Shown here: piece by piece, positions 1 to 7,178 of the stretch
Layout: every line of letters begins with the position of its first letter
How positions within the stretch are numbered: the stretch's first letter is position 1
Origin: Acutalibacteraceae bacterium
GTDB lineage: Bacteria; Bacillota; Clostridia; Oscillospirales; Acutalibacteraceae
Direction: 5' to 3'
Length of the DNA stretch: 64,000 bases
Assembly (NCBI GenBank): GCA_045578085.1
Contig: JAZNJO010000063.1
Span: 275-64,274 of the forward strand
Notes under the pieces: model-generated
Seen by the model: only the letters and a program-made list of their open reading frames with translations
What the model was told of the DNA's origin: nothing
The model's database searches: none
Translations under genes and position numbers: made by a program

Positions 1-1401
1 CTCCATAGGAGGCACCCCCTGGCCCAGAAGGCTCAGGATGATGCCCGAGAGCACGTCGCCGCTGCCGCCGGTGGCCATCCCCGGATTGCCCGTGGGATTC
101 TCCAATACCGGTCGCCCTGGGGCGCTGATGAGGGTACGGTGTCCTTTAAGCACCAAGATGACGCCCGTCTCATCCGCAAAACGGCGGGCGATCTGCCGTC
201 GGTGGCGCTGAACCTCCTCCACGGAAACGCCCAACAGACGAGCCATCTCACCCGGATGAGGGGTCAACACCAGAGGAGCCGAACCGATCTCCTCTTTCAA
301 TATATGCAGGTCAATGGCATTTATGCCATCTGCATCCAGTACCACGGGACGGGTGCTCTCCCGACACAGACGGCGCACCAACTCCCGCTGAGCCCCGCCG
401 GTACCCAGTCCGCATCCGATCACCACCGCCGTGGAACCACTCACCGCCCGATGGAGCAGGGGCTCCGCCTCCATAGACAGTTGTCCGTTCTCCTCGGGCA
501 GAGGCAGATATACCGCCTCGGGGACCACGGGGCTCAGCAAGGGATACACACTGCGGGGCAGCGCCGCCGTCACCAAGCCTGCACCGCTGCGCAGGGCGCC
601 GCAGACACACAGCTGAGCCGCCCCCGCCATACCATAGCTGCCGCACACAGTCAGCAGGTGGCCGTAGGTGCCCTTATGGCTGTCGGCGGCGCGGGGGGTA
701 AAGCGGGCGGCCACCATCTCGCGGGTGACCGTCTGATACCCCAGCACCTCTTCCACAATGTCCTCGGGGATACCGATGTCCAGCCGTGTCACCTCACCGC
801 ATTGCGGGGCGGCCTGCCCCGCTTTCAAGGCGGTGAAGCTGAGGGTATAATCCGCTCCGAACGCATCCTCGTCCGCCTGTCCGTCATCGGCGGACACGCC
901 GCTGGGCATATCCACCGCCACCTTGTAACCCAAGGCGGCATTCATCTGCTGAAACAGAGGGCGCAGTAAGGCGGGCAGGTCGCCGCAAAAGCCGATGCCG
1001 TACACCGCATCCACCACCACCGCCGCCTCACGGACGGCGGCACTGCACAGGTAGGGCTCGTCGGTCCAGCTGAGCACCGACAGATTCGGCTCCCGCCGCT
1101 CGCACAGCACCATCAGCCGCTCGAAGGCCTCGATGGCGGGATGCGCAGTGGGCTCACCGTCTGCCAGAATCACCGTAACGGGCATCACCCGCCACAGATG
1201 ACGAGCCAACACGAAGCCGTCGCCGCCGTTGTTGCCGCGACCGCACACGATGGCTACCGAGCCGCCCATTTGCTCCAAGCGACCCAGCATCCAGCCGGCG
1301 CAGGCTTCTCCCGCCCGCTCCATCAGTTCTTCATAGCTATGTCCTCGTTCTACGGCTAAGGCCTCCATCCGACGCATATCCGCTGCCGTGGCTCTGTTCA
1401 T
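1..1401 (-). CDS. nnr: Bifunctional NAD(P)H-hydrate repair enzyme (YjeF_N epimerase + YjeF_C dehydratase); C-terminus lies beyond window start
   Basis: Own translation of the minus strand. The frame is open to position 1, which is why it is absent from the ORF track. MNRATAADMRRMEALAVERGHSYEELMERAGEA...VAIVCGRGNNGGDGFVLARHL (YjeF_N GNNGGDG motif) ... HKGTYGHLLTVCGSYGMAGAA ... GNPGMATGGSGDVLSGII (YjeF_C kinase-like). GGAG lies 8 nt upstream of the ATG at 1401. Confidence 0.8.
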   Translation of the reverse strand, partial: MNRATAADMRRMEALAVERGHSYEELMERAGEACAGWMLGRLEQMGGSVAIVCGRGNNGGDGFVLARHLWRVMPVTVILADGEPTAHPAIEAFERLMVLCERREPNLSVLSWTDEPYLCSAAVREAAVVVDAVYGIGFCGDLPALLRPLFQQMNAALGYKVAVDMPSGVSADDGQADEDAFGADYTLSFTALKAGQAAPQCGEVTRLDIGIPEDIVEEVLGYQTVTREMVAARFTPRAADSHKGTYGHLLTVCGSYGMAGAAQLCVCGALRSGAGLVTAALPRSVYPLLSPVVPEAVYLPLPEENGQLSMEAEPLLHRAVSGSTAVVIGCGLGTGGAQRELVRRLCRESTRPVVLDADGINAIDLHILKEEIGSAPLVLTPHPGEMARLLGVSVEEVQRHRRQIARRFADETGVILVLKGHRTLISAPGRPVLENPTGNPGMATGGSGDVLSGIILSLLGQGVPPME

Positions 1402-1416
1402 CTCCATCGCTCCTTA

Positions 1417-1452
1417 CAAAAAAATGCCGCGCACCCGACGGGCGCACGGCAT
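1417..1452 (-). terminator. Intrinsic terminator after the 1457-2014 gene
   Basis: Minus strand: ATGCCGTGCGCCcgtcGGGTGCGCGGCAT hairpin followed by TTTTTTT. Confidence 0.6.
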
Positions 1453-1456
1453 CCGA

Positions 1457-2014
1457 TCATTCGTCCTCTGCGAAACGACGCACCGACAGAGAGATCCCCA
1501 TCTCCCGTGTGGCACGGTCGGTGTCCATACGCACCAACTTTTGCAAGCCGCCGTACAGCGCCTGCAACACCCGCTCATCCGGCTGAAACACCACCAAGGT
1601 ATGGCCGTTCTTTTTGCTGTGATAGGTAAAGCTCCACAGTCCCTCCACATCCAAGGAAGGGGCCGCCACCACGATGCGCTGATACACGCCCTGAGGCTTA
1701 TTGCTATCGTAGGGAAGCAGGCTCTCCACCTTACGTCCCGCCACCGACACCAGACGACGGCGCTTACGGCGGGCGATGATCATATCAATGTCGATGTCCC
1801 CGTTGGTGACGCAATATTCATATTCCTTATTCTGGGCAGACGCCACCCACCAGGCGCCGTAGGCGCAACCGGCCAGCACGAAAACAAAGATGGTGGGCAG
1901 GAACAGGAACGCCGCCGCCGATACCACCAGCGCCGCTACCAGCACCGCCACGATAATCAGCCACTCCTTAGGCTCCTTCTTTTTCTGCACGATCAACTCG
2001 GTAAAACTGTCCAT
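1457..2014 (-). CDS. Hypothetical single-pass membrane protein (185 aa)
   Basis: ORF track 1457..2083, trimmed to MDSFTELIVQKKKEPKEW followed by one hydrophobic helix (LIIVAVLVAALVVSAAAFLFLPTIFVFVLAGCAY). No motif recognised. Confidence 0.55.
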   Translation of the reverse strand: MDSFTELIVQKKKEPKEWLIIVAVLVAALVVSAAAFLFLPTIFVFVLAGCAYGAWWVASAQNKEYEYCVTNGDIDIDMIIARRKRRRLVSVAGRKVESLLPYDSNKPQGVYQRIVVAAPSLDVEGLWSFTYHSKKNGHTLVVFQPDERVLQALYGGLQKLVRMDTDRATREMGISLSVRRFAEDE

Positions 2015-2109
2015 AACGCGGAATCTCCTTACTGTTTCTGTGTTCTTTCCTCTTATTATACACAACCAAGCGGACATTTTCAATGGTATTTCAAAAAATT
2101 AACAGATTA

Positions 2110-2139
2110 TTGACACTTGGCGGCAGGAGTTGGTATAAT
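2110..2139 (+). promoter_or_regulatory. Sigma-A-type promoter upstream of ansA
   Basis: TTGACA (2110-2115), 18-nt spacer, TATAAT (2134-2139), about 30 nt before the ansA start. Confidence 0.55.
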
Positions 2140-2169
2140 AAAGGATGACAAGTGCGAGGAGGGGTCACT

Positions 2170-3180
2170 ATGGACAAGAAGATTTTGCTCATCTACACCG
2201 GCGGCACCATCGGTATGTGCCGTACCGAGGCGGGCTATGCCCCCAAGCGGGGCTTTTTGCAAGAGACGCTGTCCGGTCTCCCCGCCCTGCATCACCCCGA
2301 CCTGCCGAAATGGGAACTGGTGGAGTTGGATCCTCTGCTGGACTCCTCCAATATGACGGTAGTGGAGTGGAACCGCATCGGCCGCATCATCGAGGAGCAC
2401 TATCCCCATTTCGACGGCTTTGTAATCCTCCACGGCACCGATACTATGGCCTATACCGCCGCCGCTCTGTCCTTCTCTCTGGAAAATCTGGCGAAACCCG
2501 TCATCCTCACCGGCTCCCAGATCCCCCTGTACGAAATGCGCAACGACGGACTGGAAAATCTGCTCACCGCCATGACCGTGGCCGCAAAGGGGCGGGTGCG
2601 GGAGGTGGCTCTGTGCTTTGCCCACAAGCTATTGCGGGGCAACCGCTGTACCAAGGTGAGCACCTCCGACTTGGCGGCCTTCTCCTCCCCCAATTTCCCG
2701 CTTCTGGCGGAGATCGGCACGGACATTCACTACAACGAGATGATCCCTCCCGTCCCTGCCACCCGCCCCTTTCGGGTGCAGGAGCTGAAAAAGATCCCCA
2801 TCGGCATCATCAAGGTGTTCCCCGGCATCCAGTTCGAGCTGTTTGAAGAAATTATGAGCGAGTCCCTGCGGGGCATCGTGTTGGAGACCTTCGGCGCGGG
2901 CAATATCCCCGGTGACCCCGATGCCATCCTGCCCATCGTGCGCAAGGCACGGGACAACGGCACTGTGCTGGTCATCTGCTCCCAGTGCCTCAAAGGCTCG
3001 GTATCCTTGGGCACCTACGAGACCAGCGCCGCCCTCAAAGAGGCGGGGGCGGGGTGCGCCTACGATATGACCACCGAGGCTGCCGTCGCCAAGCTCTATT
3101 ATCTGTTCAGCTGCGGCTACGACGCCGCCACCGTCAAGAAAATGATGGAAGAAAACATCGTGGGTGAGATGAGCGTCTGA
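2170..3180 (+). CDS. ansA: L-asparaginase, type I (cytoplasmic)
   Basis: MDKKILLIYTGGTIGM (TGGTIG active-site motif), HGTDTMAYTAAAL, about 336 aa. Start trimmed to the ATG at 2170 behind GAGGAGG. Confidence 0.85.
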   Translation: MDKKILLIYTGGTIGMCRTEAGYAPKRGFLQETLSGLPALHHPDLPKWELVELDPLLDSSNMTVVEWNRIGRIIEEHYPHFDGFVILHGTDTMAYTAAALSFSLENLAKPVILTGSQIPLYEMRNDGLENLLTAMTVAAKGRVREVALCFAHKLLRGNRCTKVSTSDLAAFSSPNFPLLAEIGTDIHYNEMIPPVPATRPFRVQELKKIPIGIIKVFPGIQFELFEEIMSESLRGIVLETFGAGNIPGDPDAILPIVRKARDNGTVLVICSQCLKGSVSLGTYETSAALKEAGAGCAYDMTTEAAVAKLYYLFSCGYDAATVKKMMEENIVGEMSV

Positions 3181-3246
3181 CCCCGTCTCCCCTTGCGCCC
3201 CAATGGAAAACGGGATGTAAAGGTAAAATCGTTTACAGATAAAAAA

Positions 3247-3277
3247 CACACCGCATCCAACTGCGGTGTGCTTTTTC
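3247..3277 (+). terminator. Intrinsic terminator of ansA
   Basis: CACACCGCAtccaacTGCGGTGTG followed by CTTTTTC. Confidence 0.65.
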
Positions 3278-3403
3278 TTTTTGCGGTGAGGGTTCGAGTC
3301 CCCGGACGCAAAAAAACCACCGCTATTGCGGTGGTTTTTTATTGCGAAAGAGCGACTAAAAGTAGTATAAGTAGGGGTAAAAACGACCAAAAGTAGCGTA
3401 GTG

Positions 3404-3604
3404 CTAATCTTCAAGAACGAATTTGCCTTTTGTTCCGTCAGGATTTATATAATACCCGTCGACAATTTCATTAAAACCGCCACCAAAATGCCAACCTTTT
3501 GATTCAATCCATTCGATAAAAGCATCTGCAAATTCATCAGTTGTAATTTCGCAAGGTATTTCAACACAACCATTTATCTCTATTTCTTTACGCATTATCA
3601 TCAC
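3404..3604 (-). CDS. Small hypothetical protein (AT-rich gene)
   Basis: 66-aa ORF MMIMRKEIEINGCVEIPCEITTDEFADAFIEWIESKGWHFGGGFNEIVDGYYINPDGTKGKFVLED, preceded by AGAGGTGA. GC content is much lower than in the flanking genes. Confidence 0.5.
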   Translation of the reverse strand: MMIMRKEIEINGCVEIPCEITTDEFADAFIEWIESKGWHFGGGFNEIVDGYYINPDGTKGKFVLED

Positions 3605-3642
3605 CTCTTAAGGAAAGTATATCACAAATTATTTTGGCGTTC

Positions 3643-3803
3643 AATGAAATCGCCTACGGCGATGAAATCCTCACTCCGCTCGGATGAAATCTGCTTCGCA
3701 GATGAAATTAAATCCGTCCCTTTACCCGACGAAGTCGGATTTCATCACGAAGTGATTTCATCCCACGAAAGTGGGATTTATCCCGTCCGCAAGGACGGAT
3801 TTA
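3643..3803. repeat. Array of 7 mini-hairpins separated by GATGAAATC (left half) and its reverse complement GATTTCATC (right half)
   Basis: Read directly. Hairpins ATCGCCtacGGCGAT, ATCTGCttcGCAGAT, CCGACgaaGTCGG, ATCACgaaGTGAT, ATCCCACgaaaGTGGGAT, ATCCCGTCCgcaaGGACGGAT, plus one degenerate unit. Spacers at 3643, 3660, 3682, 3700 (GATGAAAT) and at 3737, 3753, 3774, 3797 (GATTT(C)AT). Confidence 0.8.
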
Positions 3804-3811
3804 GTTGAAAA

Positions 3812-3852
3812 GAAAACACCTTTTGTCTGGTAGACAAAAGGTGTTTCTTTTC
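3812..3852 (-). terminator. Bidirectional hairpin; presumed original terminator of the tRNA-Arg gene, now stranded next to attL
   Basis: AAACACCTTTTGTCTggtAGACAAAAGGGTGTTT (15-bp stem, one bulge) flanked by A/T runs. It lies immediately 3' (minus sense) of the tRNA fragment at 3853-3901. Confidence 0.6.
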
Positions 3853-3901
3853 TGGCGCGCCCGAAGGGACTCGAACCCCTGACCTCTTGATTCGTAGTCA
3901 A
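3853..3901 (-). repeat. attL: 49-bp exact copy of the 3' end of tRNA-Arg(ACG)
   Basis: tggcgcgcccgaagggactcgaacccctgacctcttgattcgtagtcaa is identical at 3853-3901 and 38823-38871. Confidence 0.9.
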
Positions 3902-3951
3902 TTTTGCAATCATTGTAATCACTTGGTGTTACTGGGTTTGTCAAATATATT

Positions 3952-3972
3952 TGACACCCATCTGACACCCAT
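3952..3972 (+). repeat. Two copies of TGACACCCAT (candidate integrase arm-type sites, left arm)
   Basis: TGACACCCAT at 3952-3961 and 3963-3972. The same 10-mer occurs 4 times at 38666-38716. Confidence 0.5.
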
Positions 3973-3974
3973 AA

Positions 3975-4277
3975 TCACTCATTTTTCTTTACACCCTGCA
4001 GGCGTTTCACAAAATCGCTCACATAATTGGCGCCGCGGCTAATGATAATCCCGGTGAGGGCGACCCCCACCCACGGCCACGCAAAAGCGATCTCGACCAC
4101 AGCGAACAGATCCGCGCCGGTCATAAAGCACAGCAGCACCGCCACAACGATGGCGACCAGCTGCGTGACAGCCGTTTTCCATTCACCGGACAAAAACGCC
4201 TTGCCGATGCTCTTGCAATACTCGATCAGCGCCTCCACGACGATCGCCATGGTGATGATAAGTACGATACCCGTCAT
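3975..4277 (-). CDS. Phage holin
   Basis: 100 aa with three hydrophobic helices and a charged C-terminus (RLQGVKKNE). It is the last gene of the lysis cassette, next to the endolysin. Confidence 0.7.
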   Translation of the reverse strand: MTGIVLIITMAIVVEALIEYCKSIGKAFLSGEWKTAVTQLVAIVVAVLLCFMTGADLFAVVEIAFAWPWVGVALTGIIISRGANYVSDFVKRLQGVKKNE

Positions 4278-4293
4278 TTTAACTCACCTCCTC

Positions 4294-5076
4294 TCACATC
4301 TTCACCCAACCGGACACGTACGTGCCGATCGGTTTCTTGCCGACCCGCTCCGGTTTATTGGTGACGCGGTACCGCCCATTGACCTTTTTGCCATCGTACA
4401 ACCAGAAAGTGCCGGTGCGGGTCACATGCTTGTCGCCGGTGCTGGAGGTATACAGCTTACCTTTCTCCAGTTTCACTTCGGCGCCGGCGGCCGGCGCAAC
4501 CGGCTCCCCGGTGTTCTCCTTCTTCGGCTCCGTCACCGGCGCCTGATAGGGCACGCCCAGCTCCGCACAGAGCGCCTGCACTGCTTCCTCGGCCATCAAC
4601 TCCATACCGCCGTTGTGGAACCAAGCGCAGTCCTCGGCGTTGTCGTGGAAGAAAAGCTCGTCATACAAGCAGAGCATTTTAGTGGCACGGATCTCATACA
4701 GATCGGGACGATCTACCACCTTATGGCTATGTACGCATTTGCGGTACGCGCCAAAGCGTGCCGCTGCCGCCTTGCTGGCAGCATCCTTCCAGCACATGGT
4801 CATACTGTACCGGCCACCGCCGGCGTTGGTGTGGGCCGCGTAACAGAGGTCAGCACCCCAGCGGTTGGCCTCCTGCACTCGTTTTTTGGCGCCCGCATCG
4901 CCCACCCAGTCCTTAGGCGGACGCTTGGTCAGGATGCCACACTCGCCCAGCCGCTTCTCCACAATGTCCATATACTGGTTGCAGTGGGTGTTTTCACTGC
5001 AGGGGATGGGGCACGCCGTTTTGTTGTCCACCGCATGGGCGGCGGGTACCAGATACACCTTTTTCTGTTTTGCCAT
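4294..5076 (-). CDS. Endolysin: N-acetylmuramoyl-L-alanine amidase (Amidase_3-like) with C-terminal SH3b-like binding domain
   Basis: LCYAAHTNAGGGRYSMT and ELFFHDN amidase motifs, a Pro/Glu linker, and a C-terminal GKLYTSSTGD...WLYDGKKVNGRYRVTN...GWV SH3-like segment. Confidence 0.75.
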   Translation of the reverse strand: MAKQKKVYLVPAAHAVDNKTACPIPCSENTHCNQYMDIVEKRLGECGILTKRPPKDWVGDAGAKKRVQEANRWGADLCYAAHTNAGGGRYSMTMCWKDAASKAAAARFGAYRKCVHSHKVVDRPDLYEIRATKMLCLYDELFFHDNAEDCAWFHNGGMELMAEEAVQALCAELGVPYQAPVTEPKKENTGEPVAPAAGAEVKLEKGKLYTSSTGDKHVTRTGTFWLYDGKKVNGRYRVTNKPERVGKKPIGTYVSGWVKM

Positions 5077-5114
5077 AGTTTTTCTCCTTTCTTATTCACG
5101 GTCTGCAGACCGCT

Positions 5115-5420
5115 TTAACCAATGCCAAGTTTAATCAATACCCAACCGATCAAACCCACCACCAAAGCACGGATCGCGTTCTCCACGATACTGTCCAACC
5201 GCTTCGCTGGCTTCCCCGTGATGGATTTAATGTCCGCTTTGATCTCCTTCATGTCAGAGTCCATATCCGTTTGCTTTTGCGCAATGGTCGCCACAGATTT
5301 AATGAGCTCCGTCATGTTGTCTTGCACTTCCTCCATCTTCTCCAGACGATGGGTGTTGGATTTCGCCCGATCCTCCACACGGATCAGGCGCTGCGCAAAA
5401 TCGTTCTCGTTCATTTGCAA
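5115..5420 (-). CDS. xhlA: XhlA-family lysis-associated membrane protein
   Basis: 101 aa. Coiled-coil N-terminus (RLIRVEDRAKSNTHRLEKMEE) plus a single C-terminal TM helix, located between the fibre and the endolysin as in PBSX-type lysis cassettes. Confidence 0.6.
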   Translation of the reverse strand: MQMNENDFAQRLIRVEDRAKSNTHRLEKMEEVQDNMTELIKSVATIAQKQTDMDSDMKEIKADIKSITGKPAKRLDSIVENAIRALVVGLIGWVLIKLGIG

Positions 5421-5441
5421 CCTCCTACTGCTCCTTCATAG

Positions 5442-7178
5442 TTATCCAGCTGTATACGCACGATTTGGAATGATGGTATCCGTATCCTTAACTCTCACGC
5501 CATCAAAAGTGATCCACTGTGAAGGAAATTCTTGATTCACAAAGTAATACACCTCACCGTCTTGCGATTCATAGAATGCTTTGTGAGGACCGTAATCGCT
5601 GGCAGGGTTATACTCGCTGTCAATCAAGTCCTGCCAAGTCATACCCACCTTTGCTCTGTACTCAATGCCATCCACGGTAAAGAACACAAAAGCATTGCTG
5701 AGTAAGTCGGTGATGCCCAGCCACTTCATAGCCGCCGCTTGTTCCTCTGCGGTGAGGGTTTCGGTGTTGGTGGTTATGCCAACTTTTACAGCGTAGTCAA
5801 GAACGTCGGTTGTGATAGACTTGTGAGACGAGTCTTTCTTATCAATGTTCTCCGGTCTTGCTCCGTATACTCGCAAAAGCCCATCGCCGATAACATATAA
5901 ACCGCCGCCCGTATATTCGACTTTAACCACGCCGTGTTTACTCTGTCCTGCATAGTCGGTTTTCTTGACAACATCCGCCATCTGTCCATCGACATAGGAT
6001 TTCGGAGTGGCTGCGCTATCAAAAGTTGGGTCGCCTACCAAAAGCTGTCCGCCCTCTCGTCTTAGTGCGAAAGTGTAAGGGGAATTGTTAGTAGTCCAAC
6101 CAAAATTAGTCGCAATATCGCCGTTGGCATCCGTATAGGGTACTTTATAGGCACCTAGTTTTTTAGGAATTGCTCCTAACCATTCGGTTGCCGCCGCTTT
6201 TTCTTCGTCCGTAAGGGTTTCGGTGTTGGTGGTCAAGCCTACCTTTACGGCATAATCCAAAACGTTTGGTGCAATCGCGCGATACGCTATGCTTTTAGCA
6301 TCGATGTCGGTTTTGTCAGCAGAGCGAACGGTCAACAGACCACCACTACTGACATACAAGCCATACGTTGGACTGGATTTAACCAAGCCAGCCACCGAAG
6401 CCGTAGCATAGTCGGTTTTCTTGACAAACTCGCTTGTGTCGATGCCGCCATTTTCCTCAGCCTGTTCCGCTGCCTCTTCAGCCCGCCGCGCGGCCGCCTG
6501 AGCGTCATCAACAGCACTTCTTGCGGCTAGCTCCGATTCCGACGCGGAGCCGGCCGCCTGTGTTGCTGTTTCAGCAGCTTCTTCAGCGGTTGTTGCGCTT
6601 TCGGCGGCATCGGCAACGTTGGCTTCGGATTTCTGCATCAGAAATCGAGCGTCTGCCGTGGCGGCTTTTGCTTGCAGCATAGCCTCATTCGCCTCTCGGG
6701 CGGACGAACCGGCCGCCTCTCGATAGTAAAAAGCAGCCTCCCGCGCCGCCTGTGTTTCGTCCAGCATCGCCTGCAGAAAACCGCGCATCACGCCGTCGCC
6801 TTTGGGGCCTGCGGGACGGGAATCAAAGGAGACGCGACATTCCAGGGTGATCACCTTTTCGGATTTGCTCTCCGTCTTTTCCGCCACCAGCCGCATAGTG
6901 GATACACCGCCGTATTGCGTCCACGCCAGCGGTAACAGCACGGACACCTTGCCGTCTTCGATGGTCAGCGGTCCCTGATGGTCCGGCTCACCGCCGGTGG
7001 TATCCGTGCACTCCACGTAGAGAGAATATTCCGGATTCGTCAGAGGGGAGTCCTTGCCGATCACCCAGATCGACCGCGTGGCGTTATGCTCACCCTGCAC
7101 GCCGCCGTTCTGCACCGTGCTGGGCAAAATGCTGCTCGCATCCTCCGATACAGTCCACATAATTTCACGAATTGCCAT
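5442..7178 (-). CDS. Tail fibre / receptor-binding protein with internal duplication
   Basis: 578 aa. It has an Ala/Glu-rich coiled-coil and two roughly 110-aa repeats (VKKTDYA...VLDYAVKVG[LI]TTNTETLT.EE.AAA..WLG). Its position is just upstream of the lysis genes, and its C-terminal part is AT-rich. Confidence 0.6.
   Translation of the reverse strand: MAIREIMWTVSEDASSILPSTVQNGGVQGEHNATRSIWVIGKDSPLTNPEYSLYVECTDTTGGEPDHQGPLTIEDGKVSVLLPLAWTQYGGVSTMRLVAEKTESKSEKVITLECRVSFDSRPAGPKGDGVMRGFLQAMLDETQAAREAAFYYREAAGSSAREANEAMLQAKAATADARFLMQKSEANVADAAESATTAEEAAETATQAAGSASESELAARSAVDDAQAAARRAEEAAEQAEENGGIDTSEFVKKTDYATASVAGLVKSSPTYGLYVSSGGLLTVRSADKTDIDAKSIAYRAIAPNVLDYAVKVGLTTNTETLTDEEKAAATEWLGAIPKKLGAYKVPYTDANGDIATNFGWTTNNSPYTFALRREGGQLLVGDPTFDSAATPKSYVDGQMADVVKKTDYAGQSKHGVVKVEYTGGGLYVIGDGLLRVYGARPENIDKKDSSHKSITTDVLDYAVKVGITTNTETLTAEEQAAAMKWLGITDLLSNAFVFFTVDGIEYRAKVGMTWQDLIDSEYNPASDYGPHKAFYESQDGEVYYFVNQEFPSQWITFDGVRVKDTDTIIPNRAYTAG

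Noticed and set aside
139-969. 276-aa plus-strand ORF (and the other ORFs listed in 33-1359)
   Set aside because: It is antisense to the well-supported nnr frame. The composition (Arg/Ala/Gly/His-rich with no motifs) is typical of shadow ORFs in high-GC DNA.
3643-3803. CRISPR array
   Set aside because: The repeats are only 8-9 nt and occur in both orientations. The 'spacers' are self-complementary hairpins. No cas genes are nearby.
4027-5118. 363-aa plus-strand ORF across the holin/endolysin region
   Set aside because: It lies opposite two genes with clear motifs, has no RBS and has low-complexity Arg/Ala/His content. The same reasoning applies to 7249-8250, 12727-13641, 15981-16601 and 17715-18932.
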